Below, piece after piece: positions 1 to 8,917 of a DNA stretch of 64,000 nt (positions are counted from its first letter, which is position 1; every line of letters starts with the position of its first letter). Origin of the DNA: Ignavibacteriota bacterium (GTDB lineage: Bacteria; Bacteroidota; Ignavibacteria; UBA10030; UBA6906). Location: assembly GCA_963801355.1 (NCBI GenBank), contig CAWDEM010000008.1, positions 128,001 through 192,000 on the forward strand, in the 5' to 3' direction. The translations under genes and the position numbers were made by a program. The notes under the pieces were generated by a model, which saw only the letters and a program-made list of their open reading frames with translations, was not told where the DNA came from and searched no databases.

Positions 1-2
1 GC

Positions 3-257
3 AAACGGATCACGACGAGCCAGCTGAACGCCGTGATGGTGGAGGAAATCGCCGCCCATCCGCCGAGCAGCAGGTCGGGGAAGGAGATCAAGATCAAGTT
101 CGTGACGCAAGTGAAAATCCAGCCGCCCGTCTTCGCGTTCTTCTGCAATGATCCGCGCCTCATCGACGACTCGTACGTCCGGTTCCTGGAAAACCAACTG
201 CGTGCGCATTTTGGATTCACGGGTGTGCCCATTGTGATTTCCCTGAAGAAGAAATAA
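3..257 (+). CDS. der: Ribosome biogenesis GTPase Der/EngA, C-terminal KH-like domain (partial, 5' end outside window)
   Basis: PPSSRSGKEIKIKFVTQV..PPVFAFFCNDP..YVRFLENQLRAHFGFTGVPI is the typical Der C-terminus. Confidence 0.9.
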   Translation, partial: KRITTSQLNAVMVEEIAAHPPSSRSGKEIKIKFVTQVKIQPPVFAFFCNDPRLIDDSYVRFLENQLRAHFGFTGVPIVISLKKK

Positions 258-1633
258 TGCCCGTAACGAAACGTATCCTGGTGATTGGAGGGGTGGCGGC
301 GGGGCCGAGTGCCGCGAGCAAGGCCGCGCGGACAAACCCCGACGTCCAGGTCACGCTTTTCGAACAGACGGACAGCATCTCGTACGGCATTTGTGAAATC
401 CCCTACTTTCTTGCAGGAGAGGTGCGCGCGGAAGATCTCGTAGTGCACACGCCGGGTAGCCTGGGGAAGGAGAAGGGCGTGGAAGTGCGTACGCTGCAAC
501 GCGTAGAGTCAATCTCTCCCACACGCCGCAGTGTCACCGTGCGGGAATTGTCCGGCGGCAGAATCTACGAAGAACGGTATGACCGGCTGGTGATCGCGAC
601 CGGCGCGAGGCCCCGGCCTCTCAATCTTGCCGGCGAAAACGGACGCAATGTGTTCACCGTCAGATCATTCGACGGTGCCATCGCCCTCCGGTCCTACCTG
701 GAAAACGAGCACCCGCGACGCGCCGTAATCATAGGCGGCGGATACATCGGCATAGAAATGGGCGAGGCCCTCCGTCTCCGTGGCATGGAGGTCACCATTC
801 TGGAACAGCGGGAAACTATCCTGGCAGACCTCGACCCTCCCGCGCGCAACTATGCCGGGGATCTTCTCACGTCGCACGGCATCACGGTGCTTCCACAATC
901 CCTGGTCGTGGGCCTCCCGACCGATCAGACAAACCGCGTCACGCACGTTCTCACGTCCGACGGGACATTTGCGGCCGACCTCGTGATCGTGGCCGCCGGC
1001 ATCATCCCCGTGACAGGATTGGCTTCGGCCGCAGGGATCCGGCTGGGCACATCCGGCGGAATCCTGACCGACCAGCGGCAGCAGACGTCCGTGGAAGGCA
1101 TCTTTGCAGCGGGTGATTGCTGCGAGTACAGAGATATCATCACCAGGAAGTCCGTCTATGCTCCGCTGGCAACGAATGGCAACCGCGCCGGGTGGGTTGC
1201 CGGAGAGAATGCCGCAGGTGGAAGGGCTTTCTTCCCCGGCGTGTTGCGGAGTGTGGCGTTGAGGGTGTTTGAAGGGCAGGTGGCACGCGTTGGACTCGCC
1301 GCGCATGAAGCACAGCGGGCAGGATTCCATCCGGTCAGTGAGACCATCACCGCCCGGTCGCGTGTGGCCGTCATGCCCGGAAGCGTCCCGCTGGGAATCA
1401 CGCTCACCGCGGACCGTGAAAGCGGCAGAGTGCTCGGCGGCGCGCTCTGGGGCACCGAAGGTGCCGTTCTGCGCAGTCATGCGCTCGCCCTTGCGATCCA
1501 GCAGGGCCTGACCCTGGAGCAATTTCAGAAAACCGATTTCGCCTACGCGCCCTCCTTCGCACCGCTCCGGGATCCGTTGCTGGTGGCGGCGAACGTGCTC
1601 GAGAGAGTCCGGCTACGCGGAACCCGACCATGA
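257..1633 (+). CDS. FAD-dependent pyridine nucleotide-disulfide oxidoreductase (CoA-disulfide reductase/NADH oxidase family)
   Basis: GGVAAG FAD motif, SYGIC single redox Cys, GGGYIG NAD motif, AAGD, C-terminal YAPSF. Confidence 0.85.
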   Translation: MPVTKRILVIGGVAAGPSAASKAARTNPDVQVTLFEQTDSISYGICEIPYFLAGEVRAEDLVVHTPGSLGKEKGVEVRTLQRVESISPTRRSVTVRELSGGRIYEERYDRLVIATGARPRPLNLAGENGRNVFTVRSFDGAIALRSYLENEHPRRAVIIGGGYIGIEMGEALRLRGMEVTILEQRETILADLDPPARNYAGDLLTSHGITVLPQSLVVGLPTDQTNRVTHVLTSDGTFAADLVIVAAGIIPVTGLASAAGIRLGTSGGILTDQRQQTSVEGIFAAGDCCEYRDIITRKSVYAPLATNGNRAGWVAGENAAGGRAFFPGVLRSVALRVFEGQVARVGLAAHEAQRAGFHPVSETITARSRVAVMPGSVPLGITLTADRESGRVLGGALWGTEGAVLRSHALALAIQQGLTLEQFQKTDFAYAPSFAPLRDPLLVAANVLERVRLRGTRP

Positions 1634-2259
1634 AACATCTGACGATCATCGATCATCCGCTCATCAAGCGCGATCTCACTATTATCCGGGACGCAAAAAC
1701 GGACAACCATCTCTTCCGGACGACATTGCGGCGCATCTCCTCCATCATGGCATTTACCGTGACGCATGATCTCCGGCTGAAGAAAACCCGCGTGCAGACG
1801 CCGCTTGAAAAGACCGACGGGTGTGTTCTCGGCGAGGACATCGTCGTTGTGCCCGTGCTGCGTGCGGGGCTCGGACTCATCGACGGATTCCTGGATGTCC
1901 TGCCCGAAGCGCGTGTCGGCCACGTTGGACTCTACCGGAACGAAACGACGCTCGAGCCGGTGGACTACTATTCGAAGTTTCCCCGGGGGTTGGGACGCAG
2001 CCTCGTGCTCCTGCTCGACCCGATGCTTGCCACCGGTGGGAGCGCGACCGCGGCAATCACATTTCTGAAGCGCCGCGGGGCAAAACGCATCCGCTTTGTG
2101 GCCCTGGTCGCAGCGCCGGAAGGCGTGCGAAAGCTGAAGCAGCATCACCCGGATGTCCCCATATTCTCCGCTGTCCTTGACCGGCAACTTAATGCGCGGG
2201 GCTATATTCTGCCGGGCCTCGGCGATGCGGGCGACCGCATGTTCGGCACCGAACGATAG
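1630..2259 (+). CDS. upp: Uracil phosphoribosyltransferase
   Basis: VPVLRAG, DPMLATGGS, GYILPGLGDAGDRMFG motifs. Confidence 0.95.
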   Translation: MKHLTIIDHPLIKRDLTIIRDAKTDNHLFRTTLRRISSIMAFTVTHDLRLKKTRVQTPLEKTDGCVLGEDIVVVPVLRAGLGLIDGFLDVLPEARVGHVGLYRNETTLEPVDYYSKFPRGLGRSLVLLLDPMLATGGSATAAITFLKRRGAKRIRFVALVAAPEGVRKLKQHHPDVPIFSAVLDRQLNARGYILPGLGDAGDRMFGTER

Positions 2260-2276
2260 GCCTCCGTCCGCGCAGC

Positions 2277-2305
2277 TTGACAATACCTCCCGGAGCACCT
2301 ATATT
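2277..2305 (+). promoter_or_regulatory. Sigma70-type promoter of relA/spoT
   Basis: TTGACA-N17-TATATT ending about 30 nt upstream of the ATG. Confidence 0.7.
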
Positions 2306-2334
2306 TTTTAAAGGGGTTCCAGACGCCGGTAACC

Positions 2335-4521
2335 ATGACAAACCCGAAGTACAAAAAAAAGCTTGACGATCTTCTACTCATCTGTCAGAAGAGCCTTCCG
2401 CGGGTGGATGAAACCCTGATCCGGCGCGCCTTCGATTTCAGCTTCAACGCGCACCGTCATGACATCCGGGCATCCGGCGAGCCCTTTTTCGACCATCCCT
2501 ATGCGGTTGCCAGGATCGTCGCCAAAGAAATCCCGCTCGATGATATCTCCGTCGCGGCCGCCCTGCTCCATGATGTGGCGGAGGATACGGAGTATCAGAT
2601 CAAGGACATCCGCGAGGAATTCGGCAACACGATTGCCGACATCGTCGACGGCGCCACCAAAATTTCCGATATCTTCAAAAGCCACGACGTCACCCAGGCG
2701 GAGAGCTATCGTAAGATGCTGCTCTCCATGATGAACGACATCCGGGTGATGCTCGTGAAGTTCGCGGACCGTCTCCACAACATGCGAACGCTCGAATACC
2801 TGCCGGTGGAGAAACAGCGCCGGCTGGCGAAGGAAACCCTCGACATCTATGCCCCGTTTGCGCACCGGTTCGGTCTGGCAAACATCAAGTGGGAACTGGA
2901 AGACCTTTCATTCAAGCATATTCAGCGTGATGCGTACGATCAGATCGCCCGGGATCTGAAATCACGCCGTCGCGAACGAGAGCACTACATTCGCAAATTC
3001 TCCCAGCCCCTCGAGCGGCGGCTGAAAGACTCCGGCTACAAGTTCGAAATCAGCGGACGCCCAAAGCACATCTACAGCATCTACAACAAGATGATCAAGC
3101 GGAACAAACCGCTTGAAGAAGTCTATGACCTCTTCGCCGTGAGGATCATCCTGGACACAGATGACCCGAATGATTGTTTTGGCGTCTACGGCATCGTGTC
3201 CGATACCTACATGCCGAATCCCGAGCGCTTCAAGAACTATATCTCCGTCCCCAAGAAGAACGGATATCAATCCATCCATACGACCGTTGTCGGCCCGGAA
3301 GGGCGTATGGTGGAGGTCCAGATCCGGACGCGGGCAATGCATGAGGTGGCGGAACGGGGTGTGGCGGCGCACTGGATGTACAAGGAGAGCGTCGCCAGCG
3401 TGGACCCGGAACTCGCCAACTGGGTGAGCTGGGTGCGCGAGATCTTTGAGACCGCACAGGAAGGTCAGGTGCCGACTCAGCAGCTGATGGAGAGCTTCAA
3501 ACTCAATTTGTACCAGGACGAGATCTATCTCTTCACTCCCAAGGGTGACCTGAAGATCCTTCCGAGCGGCTCCACCCCGATAGACTTTGCCTATGAGATC
3601 CACTCGAAAGTGGGCGACCACACGCTGGCGGCAAAAGTAAACGGCCGCATTGTGCCCCTGGACACGAAATTGAAAAGCGGCGACCAGGTAGAGATCCTGA
3701 CCTCCAAAAGCCAGGCACCGAATCCCGACTGGGAAAAGTCTGTTGTCACGCACAAGGCCAAATCGCACATCCGGCGCTGGATCAAGGAAGAGCAGCGCAA
3801 AGTCATCGAAGAAGGCCGCGAACTCTGGGAAAAACGTCTCAAGAAGTCCAAGCTGAGCCTCAATGAAGACGACCTCGCGCAGTTCCTGCGTGAAAGGAAA
3901 ATCGACGGGGTCATGTCGCTGTATCTGGGAGTACGCGACGGCACGATTGACCCGGATGACCTTATAGCGCAATTTCAGGAAGAACAGAAACACCCTTCGC
4001 CGGCCGGACAGGAAGACACGCGCATCGACGGTTTGTTCAACCGCTTCATCACCACCGCGCGCGGCGTTTCCCCGGGAATTATCTTGGATGGTGCACAGGA
4101 CAATTTCCTGCACAACTACGCAAAATGCTGCCAGCCGCTTCCCGGGGATGATGTGGTGGGTTTCGTGACCACCGGCGAGGGGATCAAGATTCACCGGCGC
4201 ACGTGCCATAACATGCAGTCCATGATGCAGACCGCGCCTGACCGGATTGTGGAGGTGCACCTCCCCGGGGAACAAGGGACGCTCTTTGTCGCCGGCATAC
4301 GCGTCTCGGGTGATGACAGGCCTGGACTGCTCAACGAACTCACGCATGCAATCTCCGGGTATCTGAACACCAACATCCGGAGCGTGAGCATTGATTCAGC
4401 CGATGGTCGTTTTGACGGCACATTTATCGTGAATGTGGAGAATACCGATCACCTCGCGCGGATTGTGGAAAAGATCCACCGGGTACCCGGAGTCAAGAAG
4501 GCGGCACGTTTTGAAGAATAA
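2335..4521 (+). CDS. relA: Bifunctional (p)ppGpp synthase/hydrolase (long RSH)
   Basis: HD domain (LLHDVAED, KFADRLHNMRT), synthetase (PKKNGYQSIHT, EVQIRT), TGS and ACT domains. Confidence 0.95.
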   Translation: MTNPKYKKKLDDLLLICQKSLPRVDETLIRRAFDFSFNAHRHDIRASGEPFFDHPYAVARIVAKEIPLDDISVAAALLHDVAEDTEYQIKDIREEFGNTIADIVDGATKISDIFKSHDVTQAESYRKMLLSMMNDIRVMLVKFADRLHNMRTLEYLPVEKQRRLAKETLDIYAPFAHRFGLANIKWELEDLSFKHIQRDAYDQIARDLKSRRREREHYIRKFSQPLERRLKDSGYKFEISGRPKHIYSIYNKMIKRNKPLEEVYDLFAVRIILDTDDPNDCFGVYGIVSDTYMPNPERFKNYISVPKKNGYQSIHTTVVGPEGRMVEVQIRTRAMHEVAERGVAAHWMYKESVASVDPELANWVSWVREIFETAQEGQVPTQQLMESFKLNLYQDEIYLFTPKGDLKILPSGSTPIDFAYEIHSKVGDHTLAAKVNGRIVPLDTKLKSGDQVEILTSKSQAPNPDWEKSVVTHKAKSHIRRWIKEEQRKVIEEGRELWEKRLKKSKLSLNEDDLAQFLRERKIDGVMSLYLGVRDGTIDPDDLIAQFQEEQKHPSPAGQEDTRIDGLFNRFITTARGVSPGIILDGAQDNFLHNYAKCCQPLPGDDVVGFVTTGEGIKIHRRTCHNMQSMMQTAPDRIVEVHLPGEQGTLFVAGIRVSGDDRPGLLNELTHAISGYLNTNIRSVSIDSADGRFDGTFIVNVENTDHLARIVEKIHRVPGVKKAARFEE

Positions 4522-4533
4522 GCGGTTCGAACG

Positions 4534-4953
4534 ATGATCGGGCGCGCGCTGGGCATCGACTACGGGAGTCGGCGGGTTGGATTGGCGTTGAGCGATCCGT
4601 TGCGTGTCATTGCGGGTGGTGCCGGCGTGCTGCAGAATTCGGCGGCGCTGATCACGGCGCTGGCCCGTTTTGTGAACGAACACCAGGTGGTGGTGGTCGT
4701 GGTGGGCATGCCGTACGCTCCAGACGGCGGTGCCGGAAAAAAAGGAGAAGAAGTCGGCCGGTTCATCCAGCAGCTGCAGCATGCGATCGCGGTGCCGGTC
4801 ACGACGTGGGATGAGAGCTACACCACCGTGGAAGCGAGTGCGGCACTCCGCAGCGGTGGGATGAAAAAAAAGCAGCGTCGTCGCAAGGGCGTCCTTGACG
4901 AGATGGCGGCGCGTGTGCTGCTGCAAGAATATCTGGATGCGCACAACGAATGA
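4534..4953 (+). CDS. ruvX: Pre-16S rRNA nuclease YqgF/RuvX
   Basis: ALGIDYGSRRVGLALSD, VVGMP, WDESYTT, D..AA..LLQ.YL. Confidence 0.92.
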   Translation: MIGRALGIDYGSRRVGLALSDPLRVIAGGAGVLQNSAALITALARFVNEHQVVVVVVGMPYAPDGGAGKKGEEVGRFIQQLQHAIAVPVTTWDESYTTVEASAALRSGGMKKKQRRRKGVLDEMAARVLLQEYLDAHNE

Positions 4954-4995
4954 GCGCACAAAGCCGTTTTTTCGGATCATCCGTAGGGCCCATCG

Positions 4996-5910
4996 TTGGC
5001 AGAACAACCCGTTGAATCGACAGAGAGCACCGGCGCAACACCTCCGGGACGCCTGCAGCGCGCCGCGGCGTGGATTCGCGGGCACAAGTGGAAGACGCTC
5101 TTTCTCACGGTGGGGGCATTTGTTCTTGTGGAATTTCTCACCCTGCCGTTTCTCGGCGTCGTTCGTCTGAAATCCGAGAATCCGTCCGAGACCGCCCTCA
5201 TGCGTCAGCGTCTCTCCGAAGCCGAGGAGGAGGGCAAGCCGTTAAGGATCGTCAAGCAATGGGTGCCCCTTTCCCGGGTGCCGAAGCACGTCATCAACGC
5301 GATCATCGTCGCGGAGGACGGCACGTTTTTCGAACATGGCGGGATTGATTGGTTCGAGGTACAGGAGTCGTTTGAAAAGAACCTTGAAGAGGGAAGACCC
5401 GCGCGTGGTGCCAGCACCATCACCCAGCAACTTGCCAAGAATCTTTTTCTTTCGACGTCCAAGGACCCGATCAGGAAGCTGAAAGAAGCGGCTATCACGC
5501 TCCTGATGGAGCGGGTGCTGCCGAAGCAGCGCATCCTCGAGCTCTACCTGAATATCGTGGAGTGGGGGAGGGGGGTTTTCGGCATTGAAGCGGCCGCGCG
5601 GACGTACTTCGGCAAATCCGCTTCGCAGCTGACCGTGGATGAGGCAGCCCGTCTTGCCGCCGTGATTCCCAGCCCGCTGCGTCACAGGCCGAACAGTGAC
5701 AGCCGTTACGTCATGCGCCGCAAAGCCATCGTGCTGGGACGCATGGCATCACGCCAATGGATTCCGGATTCCACGGAAGACGAAAGGGATCCCGGTGTTC
5801 TGTCCCGGGCGGCACCCGGAGATTCAACAGCGGTTCCTCCGGCGCCGGATACCACTGTGACGCAGCAGGGGAGTGAAAATGGATTACCGGGACGTCAATC
5901 GCCTGATTGA
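4996..5910 (+). CDS. mtgA: Monofunctional peptidoglycan transglycosylase
   Basis: AEDGTFFEHGG, GASTITQQLAKNLFL, RKLKE, ILELYLN; N-terminal TM helix; TTG start uncertain. Confidence 0.9.
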   Translation: MAEQPVESTESTGATPPGRLQRAAAWIRGHKWKTLFLTVGAFVLVEFLTLPFLGVVRLKSENPSETALMRQRLSEAEEEGKPLRIVKQWVPLSRVPKHVINAIIVAEDGTFFEHGGIDWFEVQESFEKNLEEGRPARGASTITQQLAKNLFLSTSKDPIRKLKEAAITLLMERVLPKQRILELYLNIVEWGRGVFGIEAAARTYFGKSASQLTVDEAARLAAVIPSPLRHRPNSDSRYVMRRKAIVLGRMASRQWIPDSTEDERDPGVLSRAAPGDSTAVPPAPDTTVTQQGSENGLPGRQSPD

Positions 5911-6574
5911 TCAGGGCGAAGGATTCACCATTGAATTCAAGCGCAAGGTTTCCACACCGGAAAAGATCGCCCGCGCACTGATCGCCTTCGCGAACACGAA
6001 GGGCGGACATATCCTGTTCGGTGTGGACGATGACGGCTCGATCATCGGTGTGGAGAGCGAGAAGAGCGAAGCCGCGCTCATTCTGGAGGCGGGCACGGTG
6101 TTCTGCGAGCCGGAAATCCTGCCTGTGATCGACATCGTGCCCTTCCACGGGAAAGATGTGATCGTGGCGACGGTCATGGAAAGTGCCGACAAGCCGCATT
6201 ATTTCACCGGGCCCACCAACGGATCACCGGAAAGCACCGAAGGAACCCGCGTCTTCATCCGAGTGAACGACAAGACGGTCATGGCGAGCAAAGAGGTCGT
6301 GAAGATTCTGCGCAATGAACGGGCGGATGCCCCGCCGGTGCGGATTGAATTCGGAGAAAATGAGAAAAGGCTCTTCCAGTATCTCGATGCACACGAGAGG
6401 ATCACCGCGAAGGAGTTCAGCAATCTTGTGAACATTTCCGAACACCGGGCTTCGCGCATACTCGTCGGACTCGTGCGCGCGGGCGTCATACGAATTCACA
6501 CGCTCGAACGTACGGATTTCTTCACGCTTGCCTACGACGTCAACGGCCCCGCTTCGACTCCTGCCAGATTCTGA
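5879..6574 (+). CDS. AlbA_2/Schlafen-like domain protein with C-terminal winged HTH
   Basis: GEGFTIEFKR, AFANTKGGHILFGVDDDG..IGV; C-terminal HTH-like RITAKEFSNLVNISEHRASRIL. Confidence 0.75.
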   Translation: MDYRDVNRLIDQGEGFTIEFKRKVSTPEKIARALIAFANTKGGHILFGVDDDGSIIGVESEKSEAALILEAGTVFCEPEILPVIDIVPFHGKDVIVATVMESADKPHYFTGPTNGSPESTEGTRVFIRVNDKTVMASKEVVKILRNERADAPPVRIEFGENEKRLFQYLDAHERITAKEFSNLVNISEHRASRILVGLVRAGVIRIHTLERTDFFTLAYDVNGPASTPARF

Positions 6575-7088
6575 CCAGCTCAAAGATCGCGATCCCATAG
6601 GCGACCGCGGCATTCAGAGATTGCTTCACGCCGTACATCGGTATGTCGATTGCCAGGTCGGCTCCGGCGACCACGGCGGGGGAGACTCCGGTCAGCTCGT
6701 TTCCGACGACGAGACAGAGCGGGAAAAGATCGGGCGTGATGTTGTAGTAGGGGATGCTTTCGGTGGTATGTTCGAGGACGCAGATCCTGGCGCCGTGACG
6801 CCGCGCCTCGGCGGCACCTTCGAGAGGGTCGCGGAAGAATTTCCAGGGCACAGTGGATGTCGCCCCGAGGGCGGTCTTGTCGATTTCTTTGCGCGGGGGA
6901 TGGGGTGTGAAGCCGCAGAGCAGAAGACTTTCGACGCGGGCGCCGTCAGAGGTTCGGAAGACAGATCCTACATTATACAGGGAACGGATATTGTCCAGCA
7001 TCCCGATGATCGGCAATCGCTCAATTTGGGCGATTTTGGGGGCTGGGACCCGGCGGGTGGAGATCTCTTCATGGGTCAGTTTGCGCAT
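6540..7088 (-). CDS. TrmH/SpoU family RNA methyltransferase
   Basis: LDNIRSLYNVGSVFRTSD, VVGNELTGV, IPMYGVKQSLNAAVA; start set at MRKLTHEE. Confidence 0.9.
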   Translation of the reverse strand: MRKLTHEEISTRRVPAPKIAQIERLPIIGMLDNIRSLYNVGSVFRTSDGARVESLLLCGFTPHPPRKEIDKTALGATSTVPWKFFRDPLEGAAEARRHGARICVLEHTTESIPYYNITPDLFPLCLVVGNELTGVSPAVVAGADLAIDIPMYGVKQSLNAAVAYGIAIFELVRIWQESKRGR

Positions 7089-7108
7089 GGCGGTCCGTAT
7101 TTCCATAG

Positions 7109-7181
7109 AATATATGGAATTGGGAGTGCCTGTCAAGCACGGGGCAAAATAGTTGCCATGTGTTTCCGATTTACGTATATT
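7109..7181. promoter_or_regulatory. Back-to-back divergent promoters (TrmH-family gene on minus, cmk on plus)
   Basis: Minus: TTGACA(7136-7131)-N16-TATATT(7114-7109). Plus: TTGCCA(7153-7158)-N17-TATATT(7176-7181). Confidence 0.55.
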
Positions 7182-7205
7182 TAATTCCTTTGCGGAAGTA
7201 TCTGA

Positions 7206-7898
7206 TTGAGCTCGCGGAAGCTTGTGATTGCCATAGACGGCCCTGCGGCGTCGGGAAAAAGCACGACGGCCAGACTGGTCGCCGAGCGGCTGGGCTATCT
7301 TCATGTTGACACCGGCGCGATGTATCGGGCGGTGGCACTCAAGGTGCTGCGACAGCGCATTGGAGTGCACGAGAGGGAGCGTATAGCGGCGTTGATGTCG
7401 GCCACGAGTGTGGCGCTGAAATTGAGAGACGGGGCCTCCCGGGTGTTGTTGGACGGTGAAGACGTGACCGATGCAATCCGCACGCCGGAAGTCTCAAAAG
7501 GTGTCAGTCCTGTCAGCAGCTACCCGGAAGTCCGCCGTGCCATGGTCCGGGAGCAGCGTTTTCTGGGAGCAGAGGGGGGAATCGTGATGGACGGCCGGGA
7601 CATCGGGACGGTGGTGTTTCCCGAGGCCGATCTGAAATTCTACATGGTCGCGGGCATTGAAGCCCGTGCCAGGCGGCGTCAGAAAGAACTTGCAGTCAAG
7701 GGAACTGACCTGCCTCTGGATGCCGTTCTAAAGGATATACAGGAGCGTGACTCCCGGGATGCGGGTCGCGCTGTGTCGCCCCTGCGGCGGGCCGATGATG
7801 CAATTGAAATTGACACGTCGGTCATGACCATTGAAGAGCAGGTGCTGCTTGTCCTCGAGAAAGTGTCCGGAAAAGTGCAGGAGCGTGAGATTCGATGA
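7206..7898 (+). CDS. cmk: Cytidylate kinase
   Basis: IAIDGPAASGKST, DTGAMYR, DGRDIGTVVFP. Confidence 0.95.
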   Translation: MSSRKLVIAIDGPAASGKSTTARLVAERLGYLHVDTGAMYRAVALKVLRQRIGVHERERIAALMSATSVALKLRDGASRVLLDGEDVTDAIRTPEVSKGVSPVSSYPEVRRAMVREQRFLGAEGGIVMDGRDIGTVVFPEADLKFYMVAGIEARARRRQKELAVKGTDLPLDAVLKDIQERDSRDAGRAVSPLRRADDAIEIDTSVMTIEEQVLLVLEKVSGKVQEREIR

Positions 7899-8782
7899 AG
7901 GTCACTGTCGATCGGAATTCGGGTTTTTGCTGGGGTGTTGTCCGTACAATTGATATCGCCGAAGAGCAGATGCAGGAGGACCGGGAGCTGTACTCGCTCG
8001 GCCCCGTGATCCACAATCCGGTGGAGATCGAGCGTCTGCGGAAGAAGGGGTTGACACCGGTAGCCCACGACGAGCTGCCGCGGCTGTCCGGCAAGCGGGT
8101 GCTCATCCGTGCACACGGTGAACCGCCCGAGACCTATGCGCGGGCCAGGGAGCTGGGGATCGACCTGATTGATGCGACCTGCCCGGTGGTCACCAAGGTG
8201 CAGGAGCGGATACGGAAGTTCTTCGACGGCGGATATCAGATCGTGATCTTCGGCAAGAAAGATCATGCCGAAGTGATCGGGCTGGTCGGCCAGACCAACG
8301 GGCAGGCGGTGGTCATCAAATCCGTTGCGGAAGTCGACAAGGTGGATCCGAAGCGGAAGACGGTCTTGTTTTCGCAGACCACGATGGACAAGCCGACGTT
8401 TTACGAGATCGCTCGTGTTCTTCGCGAGAAGATTGCCGATGTGGTGGTCGGGACATTTGAGGAGTCAGCGTTAGATTTTCATGCGAAGGACACGATCTGC
8501 GGACAGGTCGCAGGGCGCGACCGGAAGCTCCGGGAATTTGCGGCCTCCAATGATGTGATAATTTTTGTCGCCGGCAGGAATTCCTCGAACGGCAAAGTGC
8601 TGTACGACATCTGCCATGAGGCGAACCCGAGGTCGTATTTCATCGAACAGGAAGACGAATTGCGATGGGAGTGGTTGAGCGGTGCGGCAACGGTCGGCAT
8701 CAGCGGCGCCACATCCACACCCCAATGGCTGATGGAACGCGTTCAGCATTTCATAGAAAACAGTACAGAACGTCATCACTAA
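7895..8782 (+). CDS. ispH: 4-hydroxy-3-methylbut-2-enyl diphosphate reductase
   Basis: GFCWGV, IRAHG, DATCPVV, DTIC, SSN, GISGATSTP. Confidence 0.95.
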   Translation: MKVTVDRNSGFCWGVVRTIDIAEEQMQEDRELYSLGPVIHNPVEIERLRKKGLTPVAHDELPRLSGKRVLIRAHGEPPETYARARELGIDLIDATCPVVTKVQERIRKFFDGGYQIVIFGKKDHAEVIGLVGQTNGQAVVIKSVAEVDKVDPKRKTVLFSQTTMDKPTFYEIARVLREKIADVVVGTFEESALDFHAKDTICGQVAGRDRKLREFAASNDVIIFVAGRNSSNGKVLYDICHEANPRSYFIEQEDELRWEWLSGAATVGISGATSTPQWLMERVQHFIENSTERHH

Positions 8783-8917
8783 CTCACAATACCCCATCAA
8801 TAAATACGTACATCCACTGGATGGCATGACCACACCGCCCGATGACGCCGGTACGTGGAGCACCCGGTGGAATGTCCCGCACTGTGCGGGATGGTATGTT
8901 GAACAACAGGAGGATGA

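Noticed and set aside
2962-4347. Long antisense ORFs (e.g. 461 aa opposite relA, also 17863-19020 and 59431-60855)
   Set aside because: Shadow ORFs expected in high-GC coding DNA; no recognisable motifs
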